In this document: one piece after another, positions 14,180 through 28,195 of the stretch
How positions within the stretch are numbered: the first letter of the stretch is position 1
Layout: each line of letters begins with the position of its first letter
Source of the DNA: Octopus vulgaris
Taxonomy: Eukaryota
Direction of reading: 5' to 3'
Assembly: GCA_951406725.2 (NCBI GenBank)
Contig: OX597834.1
Location: 22,506,001-22,570,000 of the forward strand
Length of the DNA stretch: 64,000 bases
The notes under the pieces: model-generated
Seen by the model: only the letters and a program-made list of their open reading frames with translations
What the model was told of the DNA's origin: nothing
Database searches by the model: none
Program-made: the position numbers and the translations under genes

Positions 14180-14661
14180 ACTGTATATATATATACGTGT
14201 GTGTTTACATAACTATGTGCGTGTGTACATGTGTGTCTTATTCAATTGATTGGTTGCAGATTTTTTTCGAAAATTCTAGATTCTGAAAAACCAATTTGTT
14301 TGGCCTGTCTCAAAACATCTTCAGTTGATACAGAGACACACACACACACACACACACACATATACTTATGTGTGTTTGTCTAGTCTTTAATTAAACTGAT
14401 GATTGATGAATATTCAAGATTAAGAAAATATTCCACAACCAAACCAAACATTAATGTAAACAATTTCTCTATAAAAATAAAACACAGAAACAACAAAAAA
14501 AATACATACACAGAGTCTGTCTCTCACTCTCTCTCTCTCACTCTTACAGTCTGTCTGTCTCTCTCTCTCTCTCTCTCTTTCACAGTCTCTCTTTTCTCAC
14601 TCTATCACAGTTTCTCTGCCACAGTCTCTCTGCTACAGTCTCTCTTTTCCCACTCTGTCTT

Positions 14662-14708
<47 letters not shown>

Positions 14709-15851
14709 AGTCTCTCTCTCACAGACTGTCTCTCTGTCCCTCTTTCATACACCACCTTGAAACTTGGGTGTTACAGCCTTTTCCCCATCCCCTCCCCCAT
14801 CACATCTTCACCATCTTTCTCTCTGTTTCTCTCTCAATCTGAGGTGGCCATGTCTCACTTCTAAAGCAAAACACCTTTTCCTGAGCCTCAGTACTACTAA
14901 CCCTTACTCCCAGCCCCAAGATGAGTTGGGGTCTTGTCCTGCAAGTCACTTGGTAACCTCACAAATGCTGGTGCCATAAACAAAGCACCTGGTATTCTCT
15001 GTAAAGTGGTTGGCCTCAGGAAGGGCATCAAGTCATAAAAACCATTCCAAAGCAGACAAGAGAGCTTGGTACAGTCTATTAGCTGGTTCCTTTCAAGCCA
15101 TCCCACCCATGCCAGCATGGAAGACAGACGTTAAATAATGATGACAACAACAATGATGATGGAGATGACAGCCACAAACAAGGCTGTGTTAAAGAAGTAT
15201 GATTCTTCATCATGTAGTTTTAGGATCACTCTCCTTGTGTGGCTTAGTGGTTAGGGTGTTGGACTAATGATGATAAGACTGTGGTTTCAATTCCTGGACT
15301 GGGTGACATGTTGTGTTCTTGAGCAAAACACTTCGTTTCACGTTGCTCCAGTCCACTCAGCTGGCAAAAAGGAGTCATCCAGCGACGGACCTACAGCCCA
15401 TCCAGGTAGGGAATATATATGCCATGGAAACTGGGAAACTGGTCGTTATGAGTTGAAATGACCCAAGGAGGTAACTTTACTTTCACTTTATTTCTGGTAC
15501 TTTGGCTAAGTGCCTTCTGCTATAGTCCCGGCCTGACTGATGCTTTGTCAGTGAGTTTGGCTGATGGAAACCAATCATGTGTGTTTGTGTGTGTGTGTGT
15601 GAATGTGTGTGTGTGTGTGTGTATGTGTGTGCATGTGTGTGTGTGTGTGGACTTGTGTCTGTGTGTTCAAACATGTGTGTGTGTGTGTGTGTGTGTATAT
15701 CTGTGCATGCACTTGTATCTGTGTGTATACATTTGTGTGTGTGTGATTGTGTGTGCATTTGTGTCAGTATGTTTGTGTATGTGCATGTGAGTTTGTGCCA
15801 GTGAATGTGTGCATGCATGTGTTTGGGTGCATGTTCATATGCACTTGCTTG

Positions 15852-15920
<69 letters not shown>

Positions 15921-16319
15921 ATGTGTGCGTGAATGTTGATGTCACCAGCTGATTAAAGTGGAGATGATGTTGACATCCCTTGTTAATATCTGCTGTTATA
16001 AAAACCTCTGGAATTATGATACATCCTAACTGAAAAACAGGTGAGGGTTTGGTGACAGGAAGAGCATCAGCATCATCAGTCAAAATTTTCCACGCTGGCA
16101 TGGGCTGGATGATTTGACAGCTGGCAAGGCTGGGAGCCATACCAGGTTCTATTGTCTGTTGTGGTCTGGTTTCTACAACTGGATGCCCTTCCTAATGTCA
16201 ACTACTTTACAGAGTGTATTGAGTGCTTTTTCCATGGTACCAGCACAAGTATCTTTTACATGGCACCACCACCAGTGATTTTTACATGGCACCAGCACCA
16301 GTGCTTTTTATGTGACACC

Positions 16320-16688
16320 TATCTATCTATCCGCTCAGTCGAAGTTGACTCTTGGTTACTCGATGGATCAGTGTCCTCCAGTCAGTTCTATCCTGGGCTG
16401 CTTCTTTCAGATTGGCTATGTCCATTCCGGTATCACTCTTGATGTTATCAAGCCAGCGGGTTCTTGGTCGGCCTCTTCCTCTCTTGCCACTGACCATTCC
16501 GAGCATGATGTCCTTCTCCAAGGATTTTCTTCGCATAATATGACCAAAATATGTCAATCTATGCTTGGTGATCCTAGCTTCTAGCGACCTTTTCAGCCTG
16601 ATCTGCTTAAGAACTTCTCCATTGGTGAGCCACGCTGTCCATGGAATCCGTAAAAGTCTTCTCCAACACCAAAGCTCGAATGCATGAA
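16320..16688 (-). mobile_element. RTE (BovB-like) LINE 3' fragment
   Basis: Open frame AFELWCWRRLLRIPWTA...YFGHIMRRKSLEKDIMLGMVSGKRGRGRPRTRWLD...; (ATAG)n tail; 12-bp TSD TTATGTGACACC at 16308-16319 and 16689-16700. Confidence 0.92.
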
Positions 16689-17261
16689 TTATGTGACACC
16701 AGCACCAGTGATTATTATATGGTACCACCACCTGTGCTTTTAATGTGACACCATTACCAACAGTCACCAAGTACCTTGCAAGCATCAGGCCATAAAATCC
16801 AACTTCAAACCACTCCCCAGTCAAGCCTAAGCTAGCATGGAAAAGAAAAGAAGGAAAGCAAAAATGGGCATTAAACAAACAAACAATTTCAGAAGCCCTG
16901 GGCTAACTCAAAGCTTTGGTTGAAAACTCTGACCAAAGGTACTACATGGATGGCGGGAGGATCCAAGACCAAAGCCCCATTATTACAAAGTAATCTTCTT
17001 AATCAGGCGATTGCAAAACAAATTGCTCGACCATGTGGCCATACCTGCCCTTGGTGGTTTTGTTCATCAATGAACAGGTATGATTCATTCTATTTTCAAG
17101 CACTTCTTAATCAAAATAAGTACCTTTATTAGAATATTCATTACAGGTAAATTGGTTGAAGATTAAAGCTTCATACCTGTTTTAGACCAATTGCTATGCC
17201 TGAATGAGGACAACATGTGTGGTTAGTGTAATCAACCATATGACTTTAGTTGTATATGATC

Positions 17262-17700
17262 AAAAATCAAAATCGAATTTGAAATCAATCAACATCAATG
17301 GAAATTGTAGCTGTGATACCAGTGCCAGTGGCATGTAAGAGAACCATCTGAACGTGGCTGTTGCCAGCACCACCCCAACTGGCCTCCGTACCGGTGGCAC
17401 GTGAAAAAGCACCATCCGATTGTGGCCGTTGCCAACCTCGTCTGGCCCCCATGCCGGTGGCACGTAAAAAGCACCATCCAATCATGGCCATTTACCAGCC
17501 TCATCTGGCACCTGTGCAGGTGGCATGTAAAAAGCACTCACTACACTCACGGAGTGGTTGGCGTTAGGAAGGGCATCCGGCTGTAGAAACATTGCCAGAT
17601 CAGACTGGGCCTGGCGCAGCCTTCTGGCTTTCCAGACCCCAGTTGAACCGTTCAACCCATGCTAGCATGGAAAACGGACGTTAAACGATGATGATGATCT
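17262..17700 (+). mobile_element. RTE 3' UTR-derived repeat (family C) with internal minisatellite
   Basis: GGTTGGCGTTAGGAAGGGCATCC core and GGACGTTAAACGATGATG tail, matching the 3' end of the 2958-4342 LINE. Confidence 0.8.
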
Positions 17701-18429
17701 CCTTAATCATAGGGGTCTATAGGGGAGAATATTTGAGCTTTATCGTAAGATTTTAAATATACATCATTGATGAGAATGATGACGATGGTGGAGATGGTGA
17801 CAATGATGATGATGATAATGTTAGTGATGGTGAAAGCAAGGACAATGATTATAACGATGTTGATGGTGGTGACGATGTTGTTGGTGTTGATGATAATAAT
17901 GATCATGATGACGATAAAGGTGGTGATGATGATGATGACAATGATGTTGAAGATAATAGCAACAATCTTGATGGTAGTGATATCACTGTTAACAATGATG
18001 ATGATGTTGATGATGAGGATAAACATGAAATCTCATTCTCTAACTCATCCCCCCACTCCACCCACCTTTCACTGCCTGATAATTGAATAGTTATTGATCT
18101 ACATTGATTTCATATTACACAATACTCCACAAAGACCAAAACCTCCCCAAAAAATAAATAAATAAAATCCCATGCCCACCCCACAAGAAAAAATGAAAAG
18201 AAAACAACGAAAGCATTTCAAAACAACAAACAAAAACAAAAGGAAAACACATAAAGAAAACAATAATATTGACTCAAAGATAATGGATTATTATTTATTT
18301 TCACCCTTTTTTAACTCTAATCTGCCAAATCTCCTGCTAAGGAATACCCTGAGATAAACATGGAAGAATCCACACCTGGTTTTGATATTTGATATCCATA
18401 GCCTTTGATATTTAAACCACTTTGATATT

Positions 18430-18583
<154 letters not shown>

Positions 18584-19226
18584 GAGAAAGAGGGGAAGGG
18601 AGAGAGGGAGGGAGGACTGGATTATGGAAATGACACAAGACAGAATTCAAAGAAGTATTTTCAATATTTACTCTATAAAAAAAAAAAGAAAGAAAATGTT
18701 TATTTTGTCATTTATTCTAGTTTGAATTAATTAATGAGATGCATAAAGCATTTTATTAGATGCATGTCGATTTAAAATATTCTTTGAACATACACACATG
18801 CGCACACACATACACAGGCACAAAGATATGCACGCGTGTATATGTGTGTGTGTGTGTGTCTGGTAGTAAAAACAGCATAGATGGAACTCAAAGCATCAAT
18901 GTGTATAGACAGACAGATAGATAGATAGATAGATAGGATAGGATAGGATAGATAGATATAAGAGCATCCAGCTGAAGAGACCATGCCAAACCAGACATGG
19001 AGCCCAGGCAGCTCCCCAGCTCTTCTCAAACTGTCCAACCCATGCCAGCACGGTAAACAGATATTAAATGATGATGATGATATATATATGTGTGTGTGTG
19101 TGTGAATATATATATATATATTTTTCTAATTTATATATTTATATATATTATATTTTGTGAAATTTGATTTAGTATTTCTAAATTGAATTTTTCCCTGTAA
19201 GTTTGGAATAATATTCCCTAAAATTA

Positions 19227-19265
<39 letters not shown>

Positions 19266-20009
19266 CACACACATTGTCTTTGTATCTGGTTTAGAAGATT
19301 CTTATTATGGCTTATTGCTTTGTTGTTTCACAAATCAATATATTTTTTTTTATATATGTTTCTATATTTCTTTCCTAAACATCTGCTAAAGTTTGGCTTT
19401 TAGTTACAAGATTTTTCAAATCTTTTTGATTTTTTACAGGCTTTCATACAGTTTCCAGTTATCAAACTTAATTCCTTACACATTAGTTGATCTGAGGCTA
19501 TCATATAAGACACCTACTCAAGGTGCCACATAATAGGATTGAAACTGAAGCTACATGGTTGCAAAGCAAACTGCTTAACCACGCAGCTATACTTGTTCCA
19601 TCATCACCATTGTTTCAACAGATGGTTCTCCATGCTTGCATGTGTTGGACAGGATTTCTTGAGGAAGATTTTCTGCAGCTAGATGCTCTTCCTGTCACTA
19701 ACACTCACCTCTCTCCCAACAACAGAATGTTTCCCGATGGCCAGAGATGTTTCCGATGGAAGATGGAAAACGAGTGACACTGATTGCATGATGCTGCCAT
19801 TTGTAACTATCATATAATGTCAGGATTACGAGACACAAATGTCCACACACCCTATTCATACACACACACCAGTCATATGTAAACAATATACTCAGTATAG
19901 AAAACATATTGTGGTGCTCAAAACTCTGTATCCTTCAAACAGGACTAGAACCTCGGAGTAAAGAGTGGCTGTAAGAGAAATCCAAGATGGGCTGATATAC
20001 AAGTAGTGA

Positions 20010-20056
<47 letters not shown>

Positions 20057-21112
20057 ATGTATGTATGTGTTTAGCAAATCTACTCTCAAAGATATATATA
20101 TATATGTATGTATGTATGTATCTGTTTAGCAAATCTACTCTCAAAGATTTGGTCGGCCTGGGACTGAACCCGAAACTACAGAGTTACAAAGCAAACTTCT
20201 TAGCCTCCTAGCCATATCCTTCACCTTACAGTGACAGACGAAATACTTTATCTGACCAGAAATGATCCAACAACAATAACAACAACAACCAGACCACTTT
20301 AAAACGGAACATAGATCTATTCTGTGAAATCTAAATCCACACTTCTGGCCGCCCAATGACTTCCAAGATAAGATGCCACAGCTTTCGAAGCGTCTTGTCA
20401 AGTAACCCAATCTGTTGCATTAGCGGTAACATTAAATGAAGTGTTTGGATAAATCACATCACGCTCGCCGTATTAATTACCGGTTTAATTGGTTATCAGT
20501 AACGAAGAATTCATTTTCCTGGTCAAGACAATATTTAGCTTGTGTTGTTACGCGAACATAATCTGTTAAACTAATGTTTGGTTTTGTTGTTGCATGCTAT
20601 CATCATCATCATCATCATTATTATTATTATCATTATTATCATTATTATTATTATTATTATTATGTAATGTGATGTTACAACATACACTTATTGATCTCTT
20701 GAAAATATGGACCTTCTTCGTTTGTTCTTGATTAATTGATTGTCTCTTTCTCTCTCCACTTGCAAAGAGTTTGCCAATATTTACAAATAGAAGCAGTTCA
20801 GGCATGGCTGTCTGGTTAAGAAGTTAGCTTCTGAACAATGTGGTTTCAGGTTCAGTCCAACTGGATGTTGTATCGGCCAACAAGTATTTTATATCTTAGC
20901 CCCTAGGCAGGCTGAAGCCTTGCGAGTGGGTTGGATAGAGGGAGACTGAAGGGCCATTTTATACAAATATGAATTTGTGTGTGTGTGTGTGTGAGAGAGA
21001 GAGAAAGAGAGAGAAAGGGGTATGTATCTGTGTATGTATATAGATATATGAATTTGTCTATGTGTGTGTATGTATATATATGTGTATATGTATATATATA
21101 TATATATATATG

Positions 21113-21155
<43 letters not shown>

Positions 21156-21616
21156 ATATATCTATTTTTTTCCAAATTTGTGTAAATGTGTTTAGAATAA
21201 TACATCAGTTGAATATCAGTTAAAACATGGTCTGGTTTTCATGTTTTTTATTATTGCATTTAAAAGAATTTTTTACAATGTTGAAATCTGTTAAGCATTA
21301 AAAAAATATTTTGCAATGTTCGTAAAGTTAAATTAGCAGAAGCTTGTTACATGTGTGTATGTATATGTATGTGTGCAAGTATATATATATATATATGTAT
21401 ATACATTTTACTTGCTTCAGTCATAAGACAGTGGCCATACTGGGGCACCACATTGAATGAATTACTTATTTTTTTAAGGCCCGGTACTTATTCTATCAGT
21501 CTTTTATGCCAAATCACTAAGCTACAAGGATGTAAATACACCAACATCGGTTGTCAAGAGGTGGGAGGACAAACAGACACAAAGACACACATGTATGTAT
21601 ATATATACATATATAT

Positions 21617-21965
21617 AATCAAAATAAGCAACAGAATATCAAGAAGTGATGCAGTATGAACATTTCAAGTGGTTTCATTAATTGAACAAAGCAATCGTTG
21701 CATCAATTTAAATGCAGTGCCATCTTCAGCTGATCAAATAAATAAACAGAATTTTAACCAGTTGGACACATTAATATAATTTTTCTCAAATACTTTAACA
21801 GAGCAAGAAGATGGAAGAAATTCATTTTGCTACTATTGTAGCTAAGAATAGACTACACTTCCAAGAATCGCATGAATCCCATTGGGGTCATAGCTTGTAA
21901 AAGATTGTAAATCATTTCTAATTCATTTATCTCTTTATCACCTACTAAATCTAAGACCAGAAGGC
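21617..21965 (-). mobile_element. Second copy of the same Penelope-like repeat, hammerhead-like fold at 21652-21732
   Basis: CAG-CUGAAGA-UGG...CCA-CUU-GAAA-UGUUCA-UA|CUG; abuts (TA)n. Confidence 0.55.
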
Positions 21966-22557
21966 TGTGTCTGTTTTGAATATTTATCTTATGAGTGGTG
22001 TGTATTAAGTCTATAAAATTATACATAGGGTATATAAAGTGTTAACTGCATATTACCTCAATACATCTGACTAATATAGGCAGAATGAGATACCTTTATC
22101 TACAGGCTGAAACAGCCGTAAGATCCATTTTATGTGTATTATTCTTATGGTATTATTATCTTACATATTGATGTATATTGTTTTGTTTTGTTGGACTTGG
22201 ATGTTCCTATTTATGTAGTTAATAAATAATATGAATTGGTAATATCTGTAAGTCGATAATTGAAATGAATCTGTTCCTCCATTTTCTTATTTGTATATAT
22301 ATATATATATGAAGTGCATTAAATAATCATCATATTCCAATTTCTTTCACTTTTCAATAAGAAGCAGATGAATGACTATCTTTTCATGCAGACACAACAC
22401 AGGCTATGCTTTCAGGCTTTTGAATAAAGATTTCAGAAACAACCCAATAGGTGTATCATTGATTCCGTGAAATGCTCACGGATCCCACTAGTAATAATAA
22501 TAACAACAACAACAATTATAAATGGTAATAAACAACAACAACTGGAATGATACTTAC

Positions 22558-22894
22558 CAAGAGGTTCGCTGATAGCAGATATCTCGATGTGTGACAAATT
22601 ATATATGGGGTAGACAAAACCCTGTAGAAGGTCAGAGAAGCCCAAACTGAGGAGAAACCAGTTACAACAATATTGTAATTGACGGTGTCTTATTATTGTA
22701 CTAATTACCAGTGAATTGCCAGTTAAATTAACGACGGCCACCAAACAGAACATTCCATAATAATAAATGTAGAATTCCCAGCTTTCGTTTTGTAGATCCG
22801 ATTCCTCATTTTCACCAGACGTTTCATTTGGTGCCAGCAGAGAAACCATTGTGGATAACGGTTGTGTCCAGTTGGATAGAGTCGTCATTTTCAT
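22558..22894 (-). CDS. Rhodopsin-like (class A) GPCR, first coding exon (N-terminus, TM1, TM2, start of ECL1); ligand unknown
   Basis: tttgtttatacag|ATG start, donor CTTG|gtaagta (phase 1). N-glycosylation sequons NWT, NET, NES; TM1 GN motif (VVNLTGNSLVISTI); TM2 LxxxD motif (NWFLLSLGFSDLLQGFVYP). No TM3-TM7 exons recognised in 1-22557. Confidence 0.88.
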
Positions 22895-22934
22895 CTGTAT
22901 AAACAAATATATATACATAAATACATACACATAC

Positions 22935-22980
<46 letters not shown>

Positions 22981-23073
22981 AAAGTTTACGAAAATAAACA
23001 AAAGACGACGGCAGGTGGAGTACAAACAAACAAATGTATTAGTATAGCGCTCAGGAATAGAAATAGAAAAAGT

Positions 23074-23109
23074 CTTTTACGTTTCGAGCCTATGCTCTTC
23101 GACAGAAAG
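23074..23109 (-). ncRNA. Minimal hammerhead motif (A6 to U substitution) in a TA-embedded element spanning about 22977-23187
   Basis: CUUU-CUGUCGA-A-GAGC-AUAG-GCUC-GAAA-CG-UA|AAAG; palindromic ACGU stem III. Confidence 0.55.
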
Positions 23110-23184
23110 GTACACAGAAGAAAACAAGGAGAGAAACAAGGAGAGAAAAAAATGCGTGTAGGAGCTAACGGTCAATCATGACGT

Positions 23185-23239
<55 letters not shown>

Positions 23240-23254
23240 CATATCAGCTCTTGT

Positions 23255-23612
23255 ATTCTTTTATTCAGTCATTTCACTGAGGCCATGCTGGAGCACCACC
23301 TTTTAATCAAAGAAATCAACCTCTGGACCTATTCTTTCTAAGTCTAATACATATTTTATCAGTCTTTTTTGTCAAACCACTAAGTTACAGGGATGTAAAT
23401 ACACCAACATTGTTAAGTGATGGTGAGGGGACAAATATAGACACAAACACACACACATCTATATATATATACGATGGGCTTATTTCAGTTTGCGTCTACC
23501 AAATCCACTCATAAGGCTTTGGTCAGCCTGAGGCTATAGTAGAAGACACTAGCCCAAGGAGTCACACAGTGGAACTGAACCCAGAACCATATAATTGGGA
23601 AGCCATACCTGC
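23255..23612 (-). mobile_element. SINE family A (diverged)
   Basis: Reverse-complement match; similar diverged copies at about 6484-6965, 10240-10660, 13905-14130 and 51100-51430. Confidence 0.8.
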
Positions 23613-24348
23613 ACCTAATGTATACACATTAGGACAGGCAAACTTTACAGCAGTATTTGTCCAGAAATAGTATCTGCAATGGATGTGTTGTGTTTACAAA
23701 TAGAGATGCATTTACATTGAGTGTGATACATAAATGGCTATTTTAAACTAATACTGATACTGTTGCATATAATGGGTGTATAGTTTTTAATGGTGGAATG
23801 CAAAGTAGATAAAGCTATAGATAATAGCATCTAAACATTGGCCTTTAAAACAAAACAAAAACTAACATTTTCCATTCAAGGGCTTTTTTAATCCAATATT
23901 TAAATGTTATTATTTATAACTTCATCTACTTCGTATCCCGCTGTTAAAAATCAGTTATTTTATGTCTCTGGAAGTTTCTAAATTCTCATTTCATGAACAA
24001 ACTATGTATTACCATTGTCATGAGCATCATCATCATCCTCATTTAACATCCATCTTCCACGCTGGGATGTGTCGGATGGTTTTACAGGTGCAGGTAAAGC
24101 TGCGGACTGCACCAAGCTCCACGGTCTGCTTTGGTATGGTTTTTACAGCTGGATGCCCTTACTAATGCTAAACACTTTGCAGAGTGAATTGGGTGCATTT
24201 TATGAAGCACTCGACACTTAGCCAAACTGCCATGCAGCAGGATTGAACCTGAAGTTATTTTGTTGCAAAGCAAGCTTCTTAACCACAGTGCTATACCTCT
24301 GAGTGTGTGCATGTGAGTGCTTCTTCTCTCTTTCTCTGTGGACATTTG

Positions 24349-24387
<39 letters not shown>

Positions 24388-24456
24388 TATACACACATAT
24401 ATATACACATATATATACACATATATATACACATATACACACATACACATATATAT

Positions 24457-24497
<41 letters not shown>

Positions 24498-24583
24498 CAT
24501 ACACATATACATGTATATATACTACATATATATATACATACATATATATACATATATACATATACACATATACATATATACAC

Positions 24584-24636
<53 letters not shown>

Positions 24637-24964
24637 CATATACATACACACACACATCGTCTCTCTCTCTCTCCCTGTCAGTCACTAAATCTTAAAAGAA
24701 ACTTTAATATCCATTAATTCATAATTTTCACTTTTAATTAACCCCAATACAACCAACATAAATTCAAATGTAATTCTTTTTTTTTTGTCTTGTCTGCATC
24801 GCATTCAATTCATTAGATTAAGAACAGATAAATTAGATTAACACAATTCACATAAATTATCAAAAAATCTTAATTAAAATTTAAATATCTCACATTTGTA
24901 TTATTTCAGAAGTCTTTTTTTCTTAAATTTATTAGCATTATTATTGTTGTTGTTGTTGTTGTTA

Positions 24965-25870
24965 TTAGCATGCTAGGCAAAATGCTTAGAGGTATTTTGC
25001 CCATCGCTATATTCTGAGTTCAAATTCCGCCCAAGTTGACTTTGCCTTTCATCCTTTTAGGGTCGATAAATTAAGTACCAGTGAAACACTGGGGTTGATG
25101 TAATCAACTAGCCCCTCCCCCAAAATTTCAGGCTTTGTGTCTATTGCAGAAAGGATTATTATTATTATTAATTATTATTAATTATCATTAATTAATATAA
25201 TTATTAGTTTTAAAGCGGCAAACTTGCAGAATCGTTAGCATGCTGGATGAAATACTTAGCAATATTTTGCCCATTCTGCTGAGGTCAACTTTGCCTTTCA
25301 TCCTTTCGGGGTCGATAAAATAAGTACCAGTTAAACACTGGGGTCAATGTAATCGATTCATCTTTTCCTCCCAAATTGCTACATTTGTGGACAAATTTGA
25401 AACCATTATTATTACTATTAAGATGGCACTAGTTCAAATTCCACCAAGGTTGACTTCGCCTTTCATACCTTTCGGGGTCAATAAATTAAGTACAAGTTGA
25501 ATACTGGGGTTGATGTAATCAACTTACCCCCAACTCCCAAAATTGCTGGCCTTGTGCCTATATTAGAAAGGATTGTTATTTTATCATTATGTAATCATTA
25601 ATGTTATTGCTATAATTTTTATATCATTAAATATCGCTATTATATATTACTTTCACAAGGCGGCAATCAGGCAGAATCGTTAGTACACTGGACAAAATGC
25701 TTAGTGGTATTTCGCCTGTCACTACATTCTGAGTTCAAATTCTGCCAAGGTCAACTTCACCTTCCATCCTTTTATGGTCAATACATTAAGTACCAGTTGC
25801 ATACTGGGGTTGATTTAATCGACTAGTCCCCTCCCCTCAAATTTCAGGCCTTGTGCCTGTAATAGAAACG
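24965..25870 (+). mobile_element. Tandem cluster of four SINE family B copies
   Basis: GCCTTTCATCCTTT..GGTC.ATA.ATTAAGTACCAG recurs near 25045, 25290, 25460 and 25760, each with ATT-type tails. Confidence 0.8.
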
Positions 25871-25874
25871 ATTA

Positions 25875-26387
25875 CCGTAAATCCTTGAGTATAGTCCGCC
25901 CTTGAGTATAATATGCAGGGGATTCTTAGGGGGGCTGTACTTCTGAAAAACCTAAACCTTGTGTGTAATACGCACCCCTTCTCAAACATTAGTCAAGGAG
26001 GTCTATATAACATCCTTGGTTTGTAAAAATGTATACAGTAACATACGTTATTATTATTGGATATATAACATAATGCAAACGTGTAGCTTTTTTGTGCATT
26101 TTGTTTGCAGAAAATAAAGAAACAACAGTAATAACATTTAATAAAGATTGCTTACTGCAAGTTATGGATGATTCTTTTATGACTTCATTGCTTTCAGGCT
26201 TAGCATAAGGTATTTTTGCACCAGAAATCACAAAATGTGTCTGAATAAACATTGCTGGACAGCAATTAGAGACTTGAACATTGCTTAGAAAATAATTTTC
26301 GTTTTTGACCTCGTGTGTAAAACGCGCAAAGGATTTTGACCTTTAAATTTTTGGGGGAAAATGCGGATTATACTCGAGGTTTTTCGG
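25875..26387. mobile_element. Tc1/mariner-superfamily (pogo/Tc2-like) MITE
   Basis: TA-CCGTAAATCCTTGAGTATAGTCCGC...GCGGATTATACTCGAGGTTTTTCGG-TA; imperfect TIRs and TA target duplication. Confidence 0.8.
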
Positions 26388-26884
26388 TATGTATTACTTT
26401 CATGAAATTCACTCTCATTATTAGTAATGCTTTATTTTTATCATTCCTATTTTCTATTATTTGGAGGAAATTTTTGTCGTGCTATTATTTCCTTATTTTA
26501 TTTTATATTATCATTTATCTATTTATGTGTATATATAACTGGCAGAAGGTTCCAGTTGATCCATCAGATCAACGGAACAGCCTGCTCATGGAATTAACAT
26601 GCAAGCGGTTGAGCACTCTGCAGACATGCTTGCCCTTAATGTAGTTCTCAGGGAGATACAACATGACATAGAACGTGACAAGCTGTCCCCTTTGGAATAC
26701 AGTTACAACTCACTTTTTGCCAGCTGAGTGGACTGGTGCGATGTGAAATAAAGAGTCTTGCTCAAGGACACAAAGCATTGCTGAGTATTGAAATCACAAC
26801 CTTGCAATTATGAGCCAAACACCCTAATCACTTGGTCACACATACATTCTATATGACTATGATTATATATGAGTAAAAAGATGT

Positions 26885-27041
26885 ACGTAGGAGTGACTGT
26901 GTGGTAAATAGCTGGCTTACGAACCACATGGTTCCGGGTTCAGGCACACTGCATGGCACCTTGGGCAAGTGTCTCCTACTATGGCCTTGAGCTGACCAAA
27001 GCCTTGTGAGTGGATTTGGTAGATGGAAACTGAAAGAAGCC

Positions 27042-27099
<58 letters not shown>

Positions 27100-27330
27100 A
27101 TATGTATGTGTGTATGTATACGTTTGTGTCTGTGTTTGTCCCCCCAACATCACTTGACAACCGATGCTGGTGTGTTTACATTCCCGTAACTTAGCAGTTC
27201 AGCAAAAGAGACCGATAGAATAAGTACTAGGCTTACAAAGAATAAGTCCTGGGTCGATTTGCTCGACTAAAGGTGGTGCTCCAGCATGGCCACAGTCAAA
27301 TGACTGAAACAAGTAAAAGAGTAAAGGAGA
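26885..27330 (+). mobile_element. SINE family A
   Basis: Same head, body and tail as 60312-60712. Confidence 0.85.
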
Positions 27331-27428
27331 GTAAGAGAGAGAGAGGGAGAGAGTGTGTGTGTGTTAAAATGAGATGACAAAAGCCAAGGCTGTGTGGAGT
27401 TTATAGGACATTTATAAAGAGAAAGTTA

Positions 27429-27467
27429 GTCTTACAGCTGTTTCTGGGATATCCCTTCATCAGAGAC
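27429..27467 (-). ncRNA. Minimal type I hammerhead ribozyme motif (Penelope-like-element type)
   Basis: GUCU-CUGAUGA-A-GGGAUAUCCC-A-GAAA-CAGCUG-UA|AGAC: stem I GUCU/AGAC, intact CUGAUGA and GAAA, palindromic stem III ACAGCUGU, GUA cleavage triplet. Confidence 0.7.
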
Positions 27468-28049
27468 GATGTGAGATGGTTATATAGAGGGAAATATTAG
27501 AGTTCAATATAAGGAGTTATTCTGGAAAAGGAGAGAAATAACAAGTATGAAGGGAAATAAGAGAATAAAAATAGAATTAAAAAAATATGTAGGATGTTAT
27601 ATTTGCAGTTCCATTATCCAAGGAAAGTGATGTGTAGAAGTGGTAGAAATGCTTCTTGTCCATGGTATCATCATCATCATCATCATCATCGTTTAACGTC
27701 CGCTTTCCGCGCTAGCACGGGTTGGACGGTTTGACCGGGTCTGGGAAGCCAGGGGCCGCACCAGGCTCCAGTCTGAATCTGGCAGAGTTTCTACGGCTGG
27801 ATGCCCTTCCTAACGCCAACCACTCCGTGAGTGGATTGGGTGCTTTTTACGTGCCACCTGCACAGGGGCCGGAGGGTCCGGCATCGTCACGATCGGTTCG
27901 AGCATTTTAACGTGTCAGCGGCACGGGGGCAACGAGGTCCGGGGTACATATATATAAACATACATATATATATAGATAGATAGATAGATATATATATATA
28001 TGAATAAATATACCTGTGATAATCAGCAACACAATATATTTTGTTTTCA

Positions 28050-28109
<60 letters not shown>

Positions 28110-28195
28110 TAAGGGTAGAAATTGATATTTATCAATTAAGACCAGTGGTCTAGCATATTAAAAAAGAATCCGAAGATTAAAATATTTATATATAT

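Noticed and set aside
22064-22124. Further hammerhead halves (GAAACAGCCGTA-AGAT here; CTGAAGAGGTC..GAC near 13817; AAAACATATGTC near 41150-41165)
   Set aside because: The other half of the catalytic core is missing or decayed; at most remnants.
22895-23029. N-terminal extension of the 198-aa ORF
   Set aside because: Runs through (TA)n and a repeat element upstream of a good acceptor; likewise 22433-22557 lies past the donor.
24082-24717. Long ORFs rich in YI/HT/CV (also 8663-9296, 32112-33022, 37884-38557, 43345-43706)
   Set aside because: Translations of TA, CA, GATA and GAGT microsatellites; no splice or protein-family evidence.
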